A stretch of 64,000 nucleotides of DNA from Candidatus Saccharicenans sp. (GTDB lineage: Bacteria > Acidobacteriota > Aminicenantia > Aminicenantales > Saccharicenantaceae), in the NCBI GenBank assembly GCA_017992175.1, contig JAGOPD010000003.1:7811-71810 (forward strand), given 5' to 3'. Under the pieces are notes generated by a model. That model had not been told where the DNA came from and did no database searches. It was given only the letters and a program-made list of their open reading frames with translations. Position 1 is the first letter of the stretch. The number at the start of each line of letters is the position of its first letter. The translations under genes were made by a program, and so were the position numbers. Shown here one piece after another: positions 55,637 to 64,000 of the stretch.

Positions 55637-56376
55637 TGATCTTTAATCAGAAAGTATCAATAGTTACCGGCGCTTCTCAGGGAATCGGAGAAGCGATTGC
55701 CCGGGAGCTGGGACAGGAAGGGGCGACAGTCGTCCTGGTCGATATTCAGCAAGAAAAACTCGAGGAAGTGGCCAGACGCTTTGAGGCTGAAGGTCTAAAA
55801 GCCAGGCCTCTGGTGGCAGATGTCACCGATTTGACTCAAGTAGAAGGTGTGGTCGAGTCAGTCATGAAAGAATATGGCCGGCTGGACCATCTGATTAACA
55901 ACGCCGGTATTACCCGTGATACCCTGCTGCTGCGGATGAAAGAAGAAGACTGGGATCTGGTGCTGGCCGTCAATCTTAAAGGAGCCTTTAATTTTTGCCG
56001 GTCGGCAGTGAAACACATGATAGCAGCCAGGTCCGGCCGGATTGTCAGCCTGTCTTCCGTAGTCGGACTGATGGGCAATTTTGGCCAGTCTAATTATGCG
56101 GCTTCCAAGGCTGGTTTGATCGGTTTTTCCAAATCCTTAGCCAGGGAAGTGGCGGCCAGAGGGATAACAGTCAACTGTGTGGCTCCCGGCTATATTGCCA
56201 CTTCGATGACAGAAAAACTTTCGGAAGAAGTTAAGAAGGCTTTTTTAGAAATTATTCCTATGAAGCGGTTCGGGCGGCCAGAAGAAATAGCCAGAGTCGC
56301 AAAGTTTTTGTGTTCAGATGAAGCTGCTTATATAACCGGTCAGGTGATCAGTGTCAACGGCGGTATGTATATGTAA
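55636..56376 (+). CDS. fabG: 3-oxoacyl-[ACP] reductase
   Basis: It is a short-chain dehydrogenase/reductase with TGASQGIGEAIA, NNAG, the S-Y-K triad (..SNYAASKAG..) and the C-terminal ..ITGQVISVNGGMYM. Confidence 0.85.
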   Translation: MIFNQKVSIVTGASQGIGEAIARELGQEGATVVLVDIQQEKLEEVARRFEAEGLKARPLVADVTDLTQVEGVVESVMKEYGRLDHLINNAGITRDTLLLRMKEEDWDLVLAVNLKGAFNFCRSAVKHMIAARSGRIVSLSSVVGLMGNFGQSNYAASKAGLIGFSKSLAREVAARGITVNCVAPGYIATSMTEKLSEEVKKAFLEIIPMKRFGRPEEIARVAKFLCSDEAAYITGQVISVNGGMYM

Positions 56377-56404
56377 TAAGCCTTAAAATAAAAAGGAGGT
56401 AATT

Positions 56405-56653
56405 ATGGACAGAGAAGAACTTTTAAAGAAAGTGAAAGCCATCGTGGCTGACAAGCTGAATGTCGGTGAAGACCAGATTACAGACAATGCTTCTTTTACC
56501 CAGGACTTAGGCGCAGATTCTCTTGATACAGTTGAACTGGTCATGGCTCTGGAAGATGAATTCGGCCTGGACATTCCTGATGATGAAGCTGAAAAGCTAA
56601 CAACGGTTGGTAAGGCTATTGATTATATCCTTGGCCATCAAAAGGGTAAGTAA
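56405..56653 (+). CDS. acpP: Acyl carrier protein
   Basis: ..[21 protein letters not shown].. is the phosphopantetheine-attachment Ser motif. Confidence 0.9.
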   Translation: MDREELLKKVKAIVADKLNVGEDQITDNASFTQDLGADSLDTVELVMALEDEFGLDIPDDEAEKLTTVGKAIDYILGHQKGK

Positions 56654-56697
56654 TTTTACCCGCGTTAATAGTCTCCTTTTAACTTTCAAAAAATCCT

Positions 56698-57957
56698 ATG
56701 GCTCTTTTGTATAACCGTAAGAGGCGGGTGGTCATAACGGGCATCGGTCTGGTTACTCCTCTGGGCGTTGGGATTGAGACTAACTGGGAGGCTCTGCTGG
56801 GCGGACGTTCCGGCATCCGGACCGTTACCAGATTTGACATCACCGATTTCCCGGTGAAAATCGCCGGGGAAGTGACCAACTTTGATGTCCAGCAATTCAT
56901 TGATAAGAAAGAAGCCAGGAAAATGGATCTTTTTGTTCACTATGCCATTGCGGCGGCTGACCTGGCTATTAAAGATGCAGGCATTGATCTGGCTAAGCTG
57001 GAAGGTGAAAACACGGGCGTTTATGTCGGTTCAGGCATAGGCGGGCTGGGTTCTATTGAGGAAACTCACCGGGTCTTACTGGAAAAAGGTCCTTCCCGGG
57101 TTTCACCCTATTTTATAATCCAGACGATAATCAATGAAGCTTCTGCCCATATTTCTATCCGTTATAAGGCCAGGGGCCCCAACATGTCTAATGTAACTGC
57201 TTGCAGCACCGGCGCACATGCTATTGGCGAATCAGTTAGAATGATTCAGTTTGGCCTGGCTGACCGGATGATTGCTGGCGGGGCTGAAGCTCCCATTACG
57301 CCGCTGAGCTTAGCCGGGTTCAGCAGTATGAAGGCCCTGTCTGAAAGAAACAATGAGCCGGAGAAAGCCTGTCGCCCCTTTGATGCTCAGCGGGATGGCT
57401 TTGTCATGAGTGAGGGGGCTGGCCTGGTCTTACTGGAAGATTTGGACTCAGCTCTGAAGCGGGGGGCAAAAATTTATGCCGAAGTGGCAGGCTATGGCCT
57501 GAATGGCGATGCCTATCATATGACTGCCCCATCCCCCGACGGTGAAGGAGCTGCCCGGGTGATGAGACTGGCTATCGATGAGGCCGGTATTACCCCGGCT
57601 GAGATCCAGTATATAAATGCTCATGGCACCTCCACTCCTTATAATGACCGGGTAGAAACTCTGGCCATCAAGACGGTTTTTGGCGACGGGGCTAAGAAAG
57701 TTGCAGTCAGTTCTACCAAATCAATGACCGGGCATCTATTAGGGGCGGCGGGAGGCATTGAAGCCGGTATTACGGCCCTCGCCATTGATCGCCAGATGAT
57801 TCCTCCAACCATCAATTATGACTTTCCAGACCCGGAATGCGACCTGGATTATGTTCCCAATAAGCCCAGGGCAGCCGAAGTCATTTATGCCCTGACGAAC
57901 TCCTTTGGTTTTGGTGGAACGAACGCCTGTCTTCTCTTGAAGAAATTTGAGGGCTGA
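56698..57957 (+). CDS. fabF: 3-oxoacyl-[ACP] synthase II
   Basis: The active-site Cys is in ..[12 protein letters not shown].. The His-His pair is in ..HMTAP.. and ..NAHGTSTP.. The protein ends ..[12 protein letters not shown]. Confidence 0.9.
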   Translation: MALLYNRKRRVVITGIGLVTPLGVGIETNWEALLGGRSGIRTVTRFDITDFPVKIAGEVTNFDVQQFIDKKEARKMDLFVHYAIAAADLAIKDAGIDLAKLEGENTGVYVGSGIGGLGSIEETHRVLLEKGPSRVSPYFIIQTIINEASAHISIRYKARGPNMSNVTACSTGAHAIGESVRMIQFGLADRMIAGGAEAPITPLSLAGFSSMKALSERNNEPEKACRPFDAQRDGFVMSEGAGLVLLEDLDSALKRGAKIYAEVAGYGLNGDAYHMTAPSPDGEGAARVMRLAIDEAGITPAEIQYINAHGTSTPYNDRVETLAIKTVFGDGAKKVAVSSTKSMTGHLLGAAGGIEAGITALAIDRQMIPPTINYDFPDPECDLDYVPNKPRAAEVIYALTNSFGFGGTNACLLLKKFEG

Positions 57958-58036
57958 GAGTCAAGCTCTCCAAAAGCCTTAGCCGGTGATTTCAGTTCGG
58001 TTTAAATCTGTTTTTTGCCGCGGGGCCCAGCTGCCT

Positions 58037-59671
58037 TTATTGCTGGTTGTTACCAGGTTCATTGACTTGAAGAAGAAGGCGGTTTTTCTCCGACCTCGCC
58101 TCGCCTATACTGCTAACTCTGATAGCTGGTTCATCCACCACCACACATTTGTTCTCACAGATGCCGCAGCCGATGCAGTCATTGACATTAACAAAAGGAG
58201 CCAGGTTGGTGGCGATTTTTCCTTCAGGCGTCAGGGTTTCGACTTTAATCAACTGAATGGCCTTGGGCGAAACCGGGCAGTGTTCCTCACAGACAATACA
58301 CTGCTCGCCGAGAGCATAAGGCAGGCAACGGTTCTTGTTGACGAAAGCTGTGCCGATTTTGACTGTGGTTTTTTCTTCTATGGTTAATTCTTTTATAGCG
58401 CCTGTTGGGCAAACCTGGCTGCAGAGTGAGCAATAATATTCACAATAACCAATCCGTGGAACCAGAACCGGTGTCCAGAGCCCTTCCGGCCCGGCTTCGG
58501 TCAGGGCCGGTTGTAGCCCGTTGGTCGGACAGACCTTCAAGCATTCACCACATTTAATACATTTATCAAGAAATTTTTCTTCGGGCAGAGCGCCTGGCGG
58601 TCTGATTAAGGCCGGATAGGCTCGCTGCCGGTAGGGCGTAATCTTAAAAATTGGAGCAACGAGCAGGGTGGTCAAAGTAGTCAATAATATTTTTCGCCGG
58701 CTGAGGTTAACTCCCTGGATTTTTTCAGCCTGCCACCTCAGCGGAAAGGTAATGGCCGCCGTCGGGCAAATAGCAGCACAGGTCTCACAATAAATGCATT
58801 CAGAACTCCGCCACTCGCCAATTGGATAAGGGCGGGCATTGGTCTGGCATTGAATTGAACAAAGATGGCAGTTGATGCATTTTTCAGAATCAATCCTTAA
58901 TTTGAAGACATTGAACCGGGAAAATAACCCGAGCAGCGCTCCAGCCGGGCAAACATAACGGCACCAGAATCTTTCTTTCCAGGCATTAAGGGCAAGAGCC
59001 GCAAAAAATAACAACCCGATGACCAGGGCATTCTGGAAAAAGCTGTTAAGAGCCAGATTACCAAGGGCCTGCCCCAGCGTCTGGCCAAGGGATTTAAGGC
59101 CCGAACCATAAGCCAGATTAGCTGACTCAGAGAAAACCAGATTTAAGAGAGGAGTAATATAGACGGCAAAAGACCGGTAGAGAAAAGACAGCGGATCAAG
59201 ATAGCCAGCCAGATTGACGGTCAGGATGGAGCTCACCAGAACGATAATTAAGATTATATATTTAGGGGCCAGGCTCAGCCGGTCATCTCTTTTTGGTTTC
59301 AGCCAGCGGGTTTTCTTAAAGAGAAAGGAGAAGAACTGATGGACGGCGCCAAAAGGACAGATCCAGCCGCAAACGACCCGGCCGAAAACGAGCGTAAAAA
59401 CTAAGGTTATCAGCGAAAGCCAGAAAGCAGCAAAAAACAGGCGGCTACCAATGGTCGTGGTCAGGGCCAGCAGGGGATCAAAATGAAAATAACGTTCAAC
59501 GGTTATGGTCAGGTAGTCGGCCCCTCCATAGTGGGTCTTGATGAATAAAAAGAAAAATAGAACAAAAAAGACTAACTGAGAAAGAATCCTTAATTTTTGC
59601 AGCCGCTGATATTTTTTAGACCGTTCTCTTTTCAATTCTGATTTTCTCCAGCTCGAGCTTCCCCAGGCCAC
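58037..59671 (-). CDS. Membrane-bound polyferredoxin, NapH/MauN/NosR-like (about four [4Fe-4S] sites)
   Basis: The TM-embedded motifs CGWICPFGA and CRYVCPAGA are NapH hallmarks. Ferredoxin motifs follow: CINCHLCSIQC...CIYCETCAAICP, CIKCGECLKVCP, CSLCSQVCP, CIVCEEHCP and CIGCGICENKC. Confidence 0.65.
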   Translation of the reverse strand: MAWGSSSWRKSELKRERSKKYQRLQKLRILSQLVFFVLFFFLFIKTHYGGADYLTITVERYFHFDPLLALTTTIGSRLFFAAFWLSLITLVFTLVFGRVVCGWICPFGAVHQFFSFLFKKTRWLKPKRDDRLSLAPKYIILIIVLVSSILTVNLAGYLDPLSFLYRSFAVYITPLLNLVFSESANLAYGSGLKSLGQTLGQALGNLALNSFFQNALVIGLLFFAALALNAWKERFWCRYVCPAGALLGLFSRFNVFKLRIDSEKCINCHLCSIQCQTNARPYPIGEWRSSECIYCETCAAICPTAAITFPLRWQAEKIQGVNLSRRKILLTTLTTLLVAPIFKITPYRQRAYPALIRPPGALPEEKFLDKCIKCGECLKVCPTNGLQPALTEAGPEGLWTPVLVPRIGYCEYYCSLCSQVCPTGAIKELTIEEKTTVKIGTAFVNKNRCLPYALGEQCIVCEEHCPVSPKAIQLIKVETLTPEGKIATNLAPFVNVNDCIGCGICENKCVVVDEPAIRVSSIGEARSEKNRLLLQVNEPGNNQQ

Positions 59672-60500
59672 GGGCCGAAGCTAATTGCAGGAAAAGCAAT
59701 TCCTGGGGTTTTAAATCAAAAAGAGTAGCACCATAAGCATCTATGGCCACCGGATCGGTTCCGGCCACCACGGTCTTCAGCAGTTTGGTGTCGGAGATTC
59801 TCCCTCCCTGGGGGCCATTTCTGAAAAGAACGCGGTAGCTGTCGAGAATGGTTAGAGTTGGCTTAAAGAAAGCGGCCAGATCTACCATCGCTTCATCAAT
59901 CTTCTGATGGAGCTGGTTGCGGCTGCCGCCGATTGCCCCCAGCCAGTTTTTCAGGCCGAGAGTGACCTTAGACAGGCTGTGGACTTTGGTGGCTGGCAGA
60001 TTGATGATTTTGTCAGCTTCAAGGAAATCAGCATACACCTCCCAGTCCTTAAGCCACTCACCTTTTAGATTCACTTTTTTCAGTCGCTGGTCTTCCGGGA
60101 AAAGAACCTTAGCCCCGGCAGATTGGGCGGCCTCCTGAATGCCAGACCTGATGTAGCAGCGTTTTTCCTGATTGATGGTATGATCCATCACAATGACCTC
60201 TTTGGCCCCGGCTTCTAAAGCCATAGTTACGACGGTTTTGACAATTTCCGGATTGGTGCAAGCAGCCATTTCCGGTGTCCGGTCCCAGCCAATGTTAGGT
60301 TTAATGATAACTTTGTCGCCCCGCCCGATAAAGTGCTTCATGCCGCCCACCAGCTCGACGGCCTCTCTGGTAATCTTTTCCGGGGATTCACCTGTTACCA
60401 CTGCCAGCTCAGGATATCTGGACTGAGTCAGAAGCCGCGGAGATATTCCCGCGGCCAGGCTGCCGACAAGCAAGCCTTTAATAAAATCTCTTCGTTCCAC
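59616..60500 (-). CDS. Tat-secreted DUF362-domain protein
   Basis: The twin-arginine signal is MERRDFIKGLLVGSLAAGI. The body matches the DUF362 pattern (..VIIKPNIGW.., ..ATKVHSLSKVTLGLKNWLG..). Confidence 0.6.
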   Translation of the reverse strand: MERRDFIKGLLVGSLAAGISPRLLTQSRYPELAVVTGESPEKITREAVELVGGMKHFIGRGDKVIIKPNIGWDRTPEMAACTNPEIVKTVVTMALEAGAKEVIVMDHTINQEKRCYIRSGIQEAAQSAGAKVLFPEDQRLKKVNLKGEWLKDWEVYADFLEADKIINLPATKVHSLSKVTLGLKNWLGAIGGSRNQLHQKIDEAMVDLAAFFKPTLTILDSYRVLFRNGPQGGRISDTKLLKTVVAGTDPVAIDAYGATLFDLKPQELLFLQLASARGLGKLELEKIRIEKRTV

Positions 60501-60502
60501 AG

Positions 60503-61747
60503 TCAGGATCCTTTTCCTAAGGATTTAACATATTCTATAATACCACGAAAAAGACCGGTCGCTATAGCTTCACGGTAAAAATCAGTCTTTAAAGCCTCTT
60601 CTTCTTTTGTGTTGGATAAATGAGAGACTTCTACCAGTACCGACGGCATATCACTGCCGATGAGCACCCAGAAAGGGCCTCCCTTAACCCCGAGGTCATC
60701 TCGCGGGCCAAATTGCTGTTTGAGGTGGCCAAGAAGTTGATGATGAATTTTTTCAGCCAAGGCGCGCGATTCTTCGTATCTGGTATTTCTGACAATTTTA
60801 TCTACAATCTGCTTCATTTCCCGGATATTCTTGCTGGAAGAAGCATTCTCTCTGGCGGCCAGCTCATTAACGGCCGGATCCGGGCTGAAGTTTAGATAAA
60901 AGGTCTCAACTCCAGTTCTATTTTTTCTGGGGCTGGCATTAAGGTGAATGGAGATAAAAAGGTCGGCTTGCCTGTCGTTGGCCAGTTTCGTTCTTTTTTC
61001 AAGAGGCAAGGTAACATCGGTTTCTCTGGTCAGGAAAACTTCAAATCCGCCCTGGGTTTCCAGGATTGATTTTAGTTTTTTGGCCAGATCAAGAGCCACC
61101 TCCTTTTCTTTTAAGCCACCCGGGCTCAGGCAGCCCGGATCGGTTCCTCCATGTCCGGGGTCAAGAGCAATCTTTTTTACCCCGAGGCCGAGCTGGCGGA
61201 CAAGAGAATAGCCAGCTGTAGTTGGACTGGCCGCCCGCGGCGGCTGATTTTCAGCTGTGTCTTTAGCCGGCTGGCCGCCGGCAGCCGCCTGAGGTTCGGC
61301 TGGAACAGCAGGCTTGCCGGCCGCAGTTAGAGCTTCCCGGTGGTAGATATCAATCACCAGCCGGTCAGGATTTTTGAGGTAATAGATTTTTTCTTTTTCC
61401 TTGGTTCCAGCCTTCAGTTCAAAAGTGATCCGGATGGTAGTTGGATTTCTCTGGGCCAGACGCAGTTCGCTGACGCAGGGGGAATCAAACTTGAAGGATT
61501 TGCCCTGCAGAGAGGGGTTGAGCCTGGCCTGAAAAATATCAAGATAAAGCCGGTCAGGCTGACTGAGTTCAGCCGCAGAATATTCCCGGACCTTGGTCAA
61601 AGTCAGTACCAGGCGGAAAAAATCCGGATGCTGGTGATAACGCAAATCATTGATTTCAGCCAGCGGCTGGGGCTGAACGCTTCCGGCCATGGCCAAGGTT
61701 ACCAGTGCCAGAATCAGTAACGCCAAAAAGCCAGACCGGTTATACAT
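60503..61747 (-). CDS. N-acetylmuramoyl-L-alanine amidase (AmiC-like) with N-terminal AMIN domain
   Basis: It has a signal peptide, an AMIN-like beta domain and an Ala/Pro-rich linker. The Amidase_3 catalytic domain carries ..IALDPGHGGTDPG.. and ..FISIHLNAS.. Confidence 0.8.
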   Translation of the reverse strand: MYNRSGFLALLILALVTLAMAGSVQPQPLAEINDLRYHQHPDFFRLVLTLTKVREYSAAELSQPDRLYLDIFQARLNPSLQGKSFKFDSPCVSELRLAQRNPTTIRITFELKAGTKEKEKIYYLKNPDRLVIDIYHREALTAAGKPAVPAEPQAAAGGQPAKDTAENQPPRAASPTTAGYSLVRQLGLGVKKIALDPGHGGTDPGCLSPGGLKEKEVALDLAKKLKSILETQGGFEVFLTRETDVTLPLEKRTKLANDRQADLFISIHLNASPRKNRTGVETFYLNFSPDPAVNELAARENASSSKNIREMKQIVDKIVRNTRYEESRALAEKIHHQLLGHLKQQFGPRDDLGVKGGPFWVLIGSDMPSVLVEVSHLSNTKEEEALKTDFYREAIATGLFRGIIEYVKSLGKGS

Positions 61748-61816
61748 AGACTAAATTCTATCTTTTAATCGGGGTAAATAGCAACCGGCAAGACGGGAGA
61801 CAGGTGGAAGTGGAGG

Positions 61817-63022
61817 TCAGGCCCCAAATTTCTTAAGTTTCAGAGCATGGGCCAGCATCAAGGGCATGGCATAAATTGATCGGAAGCGCCCCAGAGCTCC
61901 TTTAATACAGGCCTTCTGGCTGAATTCAGCCACCTCATCGCCTTCAGCCCGGGGTGAGATCAGAACAAATGGATTGGGGTGCCAGGAGTGAGATTTAAAA
62001 GCGGCAGGGGTTGAATGATCTGAAGTTATAACCAGAACATCAGGCTTAAGAGCCCATAAACGCGGGATAAACTGGTCAATCTCTTCAATGGCTTTAACTT
62101 TATCCTCATAACGCCCGTCTTCTCCAGCCGAGTCGGATTTCTTAAAGTGCAGATAAAAGAAGTTATAATCGGCATAATGCTTTTCAAGAACATCAAAAAT
62201 TTCTCCGGTCTCTGGCCCCACTTCGAGAACTTCCATTCCCAGCAGCCTGGTCAGCCCCCGGTACATAGGATAATTGGCAATAGAAGCAGGTTTTATCTTG
62301 TAAAGGCTGGACATCGGCGGCAGGTGGGAAGGAAACTTGGCAAAGCCGCGGAGTAAGGCATAGTTCGCTTTTGGCTGGTCTTTCAAGAGGTCAGCCAGTT
62401 GCCTTAAAAATTCATTAACCAGGCTGGCCGTAAACCCAGCTTCAGCCTGAAGCGCTACAGCCTGGAGTGGAGGCAGCCCTTCTTTCTGGGGGTCAGCATC
62501 GCCGATGGCTTCAGATAGACCCGGTCCTGATAGCTTAAAGACAAAACGGTGTTCTTTGCCCGGGAAAACAGATACCCTGATACCTTTAATGTCTTTTATC
62601 CTCTCATTGATGAAGGCACAAAGCTGAGCATTCTCTGAGGTGGCCAGGCGTCCTGCCCGGCGGTCAACCACCAGCCCGTCTTTCAGGGTAGCGAAATTGC
62701 CTCTGGCTACCACATCATCCCGGCCAACCTCAACGCCAGTCCCCATGGCTTCCAGGATGCCCCGGCCTAATTGGTACTTAAGCGGGTCATAACCGAAAAG
62801 AGCCAGGTGGGCCGGGCCGGAACCGGGGGTGATGCCCATAAAAACCGGATCGGTCACACCGCATATTCCCCTTCTGGCCGCTTCGTTCAAATTTGGCCGT
62901 CTGGCTGCCTCAAGTTCAGTCAAGCCATTGACCGGCAATCCGCCGACGCCGTCCATCACCAGAAGGATGATTTTTGAGTCCGTTGGTTGAGTTAGTTCCT
63001 CAGCAATTTTTTCCCATTCCAT
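61817..63022 (-). CDS. apgM: Cofactor-independent phosphoglycerate mutase, archaeal-type (ApgM family)
   Basis: ..ILLVMDGVGGLP.. and ..VITSDHSTP.. are the metal-binding motifs of the alkaline-phosphatase superfamily. The start was chosen at MEWEKIAEEL (63022). The ORF-track upstream extension is unlikely. Confidence 0.75.
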   Translation of the reverse strand: MEWEKIAEELTQPTDSKIILLVMDGVGGLPVNGLTELEAARRPNLNEAARRGICGVTDPVFMGITPGSGPAHLALFGYDPLKYQLGRGILEAMGTGVEVGRDDVVARGNFATLKDGLVVDRRAGRLATSENAQLCAFINERIKDIKGIRVSVFPGKEHRFVFKLSGPGLSEAIGDADPQKEGLPPLQAVALQAEAGFTASLVNEFLRQLADLLKDQPKANYALLRGFAKFPSHLPPMSSLYKIKPASIANYPMYRGLTRLLGMEVLEVGPETGEIFDVLEKHYADYNFFYLHFKKSDSAGEDGRYEDKVKAIEEIDQFIPRLWALKPDVLVITSDHSTPAAFKSHSWHPNPFVLISPRAEGDEVAEFSQKACIKGALGRFRSIYAMPLMLAHALKLKKFGA

Positions 63023-63234
63023 GTTCTTATTATAATCTTGCTGACCTTTAGAATCAACCTGAATTAAGGTATAATTAAGCCTGAAATTAAGTGAATTTGA
63101 GGCTTGAAGCTCCATAATTATCCTGTACCGGTAACCGCCGGCCAAAGCCAGCCGTTTGGGAGTAGATGTCTCAGGTGGGAAGAAAAGAAGGAGGGCTTTC
63201 GTCCAAAGTGTTAGTGGGCAAAGATGATCAGGTG

Positions 63235-63807
63235 ATGGAAGAAAATCAGGTAGTTAAGCTGGCCCAGCAGGGTGATACGGAAGCTTTCTCCGCCCTGGTC
63301 AGAAATTATCAGAACAGGGTTTTTGGCCTGGCAGTCAATATCGTTCATAATCACGAAACGGCCGATGATCTGGCTCAAGAAATTTTTATTAAAGCTTATC
63401 AGGCCTTACCCCGGTTCCGCTCAGAGTCTGAATTTGGTACCTGGCTTTACCAGATAGCCATTAATCATATCCGTGACTATTTGAGAAAACATAAAAAGGA
63501 AAAGGATGCCTTGCGGCTTGATGATATCCCCGAACCGAGTGGAGAAGAAAAAGAGATGTCTCTGGAACTGGCTGACAACCAGGAAGAAGAGCGGCGTAAA
63601 CGGCTAATAACAGAGAAGATGGAAGAAATGCCAGAGAAGTATCGTCTAATCTTATCTCTGAGGGATATTCAGGGATTAAGTTATGAGGAGATAAGCAGAA
63701 TATTGAAGCTGACACCTGGAACAGTTGATTCCAGACTGCATCGGGCGAGAAGGCTTTTAAGAAAAAAACTGGCTCAGGCTTTGAGTCAGGAAGGAGGAAA
63801 AAGATGA
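63235..63807 (+). CDS. ECF-subfamily RNA polymerase sigma factor
   Basis: Region 2 is ..FSALVRNYQNRVFGLAVNIVHNHETADDLAQEIFIKAYQAL. Region 4 is ..LRDIQGLSYEEISRILKLTPGTVDSRLHRARRLL. The start was chosen at MEENQ (63235). The in-frame GTGs at 63208 and 63214 behind a strong AAGGAGG are alternatives. Confidence 0.8.
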   Translation: MEENQVVKLAQQGDTEAFSALVRNYQNRVFGLAVNIVHNHETADDLAQEIFIKAYQALPRFRSESEFGTWLYQIAINHIRDYLRKHKKEKDALRLDDIPEPSGEEKEMSLELADNQEEERRKRLITEKMEEMPEKYRLILSLRDIQGLSYEEISRILKLTPGTVDSRLHRARRLLRKKLAQALSQEGGKR

Positions 63808-64000
63808 ATTGCCGTAAAGCTGAAAAATTAATATCTAAACAGCTTGATAACCGGCTGGAAGCCAGGGAGTCTGCCTGGCTCGACGTTCATCTTAAGATCT
63901 GCCCTGCCTGTGCCCGTTTAGCTTTGGAATATCAGAAGTTAAAAAACCTGTCAGCTGAGCTTAAAATTGAGGCCGAGCCGCTGCCCTATTTTAGTGAAAG
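63804..64000 (+). CDS. Anti-sigma factor, zinc-finger type (partial, runs off the window)
   Basis: MNCRKAEKLISKQLDNRLEARESAWLDVHLKICPACARL carries an HxxxCxxC ZAS-like motif. Its start overlaps the sigma stop (ATGA). Confidence 0.55.
   Translation, partial: MNCRKAEKLISKQLDNRLEARESAWLDVHLKICPACARLALEYQKLKNLSAELKIEAEPLPYFSE

Noticed and set aside
1-64000. Scan for CRISPR arrays, IS elements, rRNA genes and additional tRNAs
   Set aside because: No spaced direct-repeat arrays, no transposase-like ORFs, no rRNA-like conserved stretches, and no tRNA T-arm/acceptor patterns other than the tRNA-Gln at 28999-29071 were seen.

Overview
This window looks like core chromosome from a Gram-negative-type bacterium, probably an anaerobe, at about 50% GC. 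The Gram-negative call rests on Mla/MCE lipid transport genes, a LolB-like gene, a GT9 LPS heptosyltransferase, a porin and an AMIN-domain amidase. The window appears to span the replication-origin neighbourhood. rpmB, dnaA and dnaN sit at about 36.4-39.4 kb, and a DnaA-box cluster lies in the dnaA 5' region. Left of this point most housekeeping genes are on the minus strand: rplI-dnaB, rpsF-rpsR, pth-rplY-prs-ispE, radA and ispF. Other recognisable blocks are a uspA-dprA-topA-xerC operon and a pstSCAB operon preceded by an Rrf2 regulator and a phosphate-type porin. There is also a 960-aa NAD-glutamate-dehydrogenase-like gene, relA/spoT, polA, and a yceD-rpmF-plsX-fabG-acpP-fabF block that lacks fabH and fabD. 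An ECF sigma / zinc anti-sigma pair runs off the right end. One tRNA was found (tRNA-Gln, anticodon TTG, minus strand). No rRNA, CRISPR array, transposon or prophage signature was found. The less ordinary content is listed here. (1) A 12-gene, complex-I-like, Mrp-coupled group-4 [NiFe] hydrogenase operon (39.5-49.4 kb) lies directly beside dnaN. (2) A Sec-secreted fusion of AmmeMemoRadiSam proteins B and A has no radical-SAM partner in the window. (3) An amidase gene is followed by a Tat-secreted DUF362 protein and a NapH-like membrane polyferredoxin in an apparent operon. (4) An Rrf2 Fe-S-type regulator is placed where a phosphate-regulon control gene would be expected, and there is no phoU. 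Several small unannotated ORFs and regulatory palindromes are also noted. All calls come from reading the translations and the sequence by eye. No database search was run.
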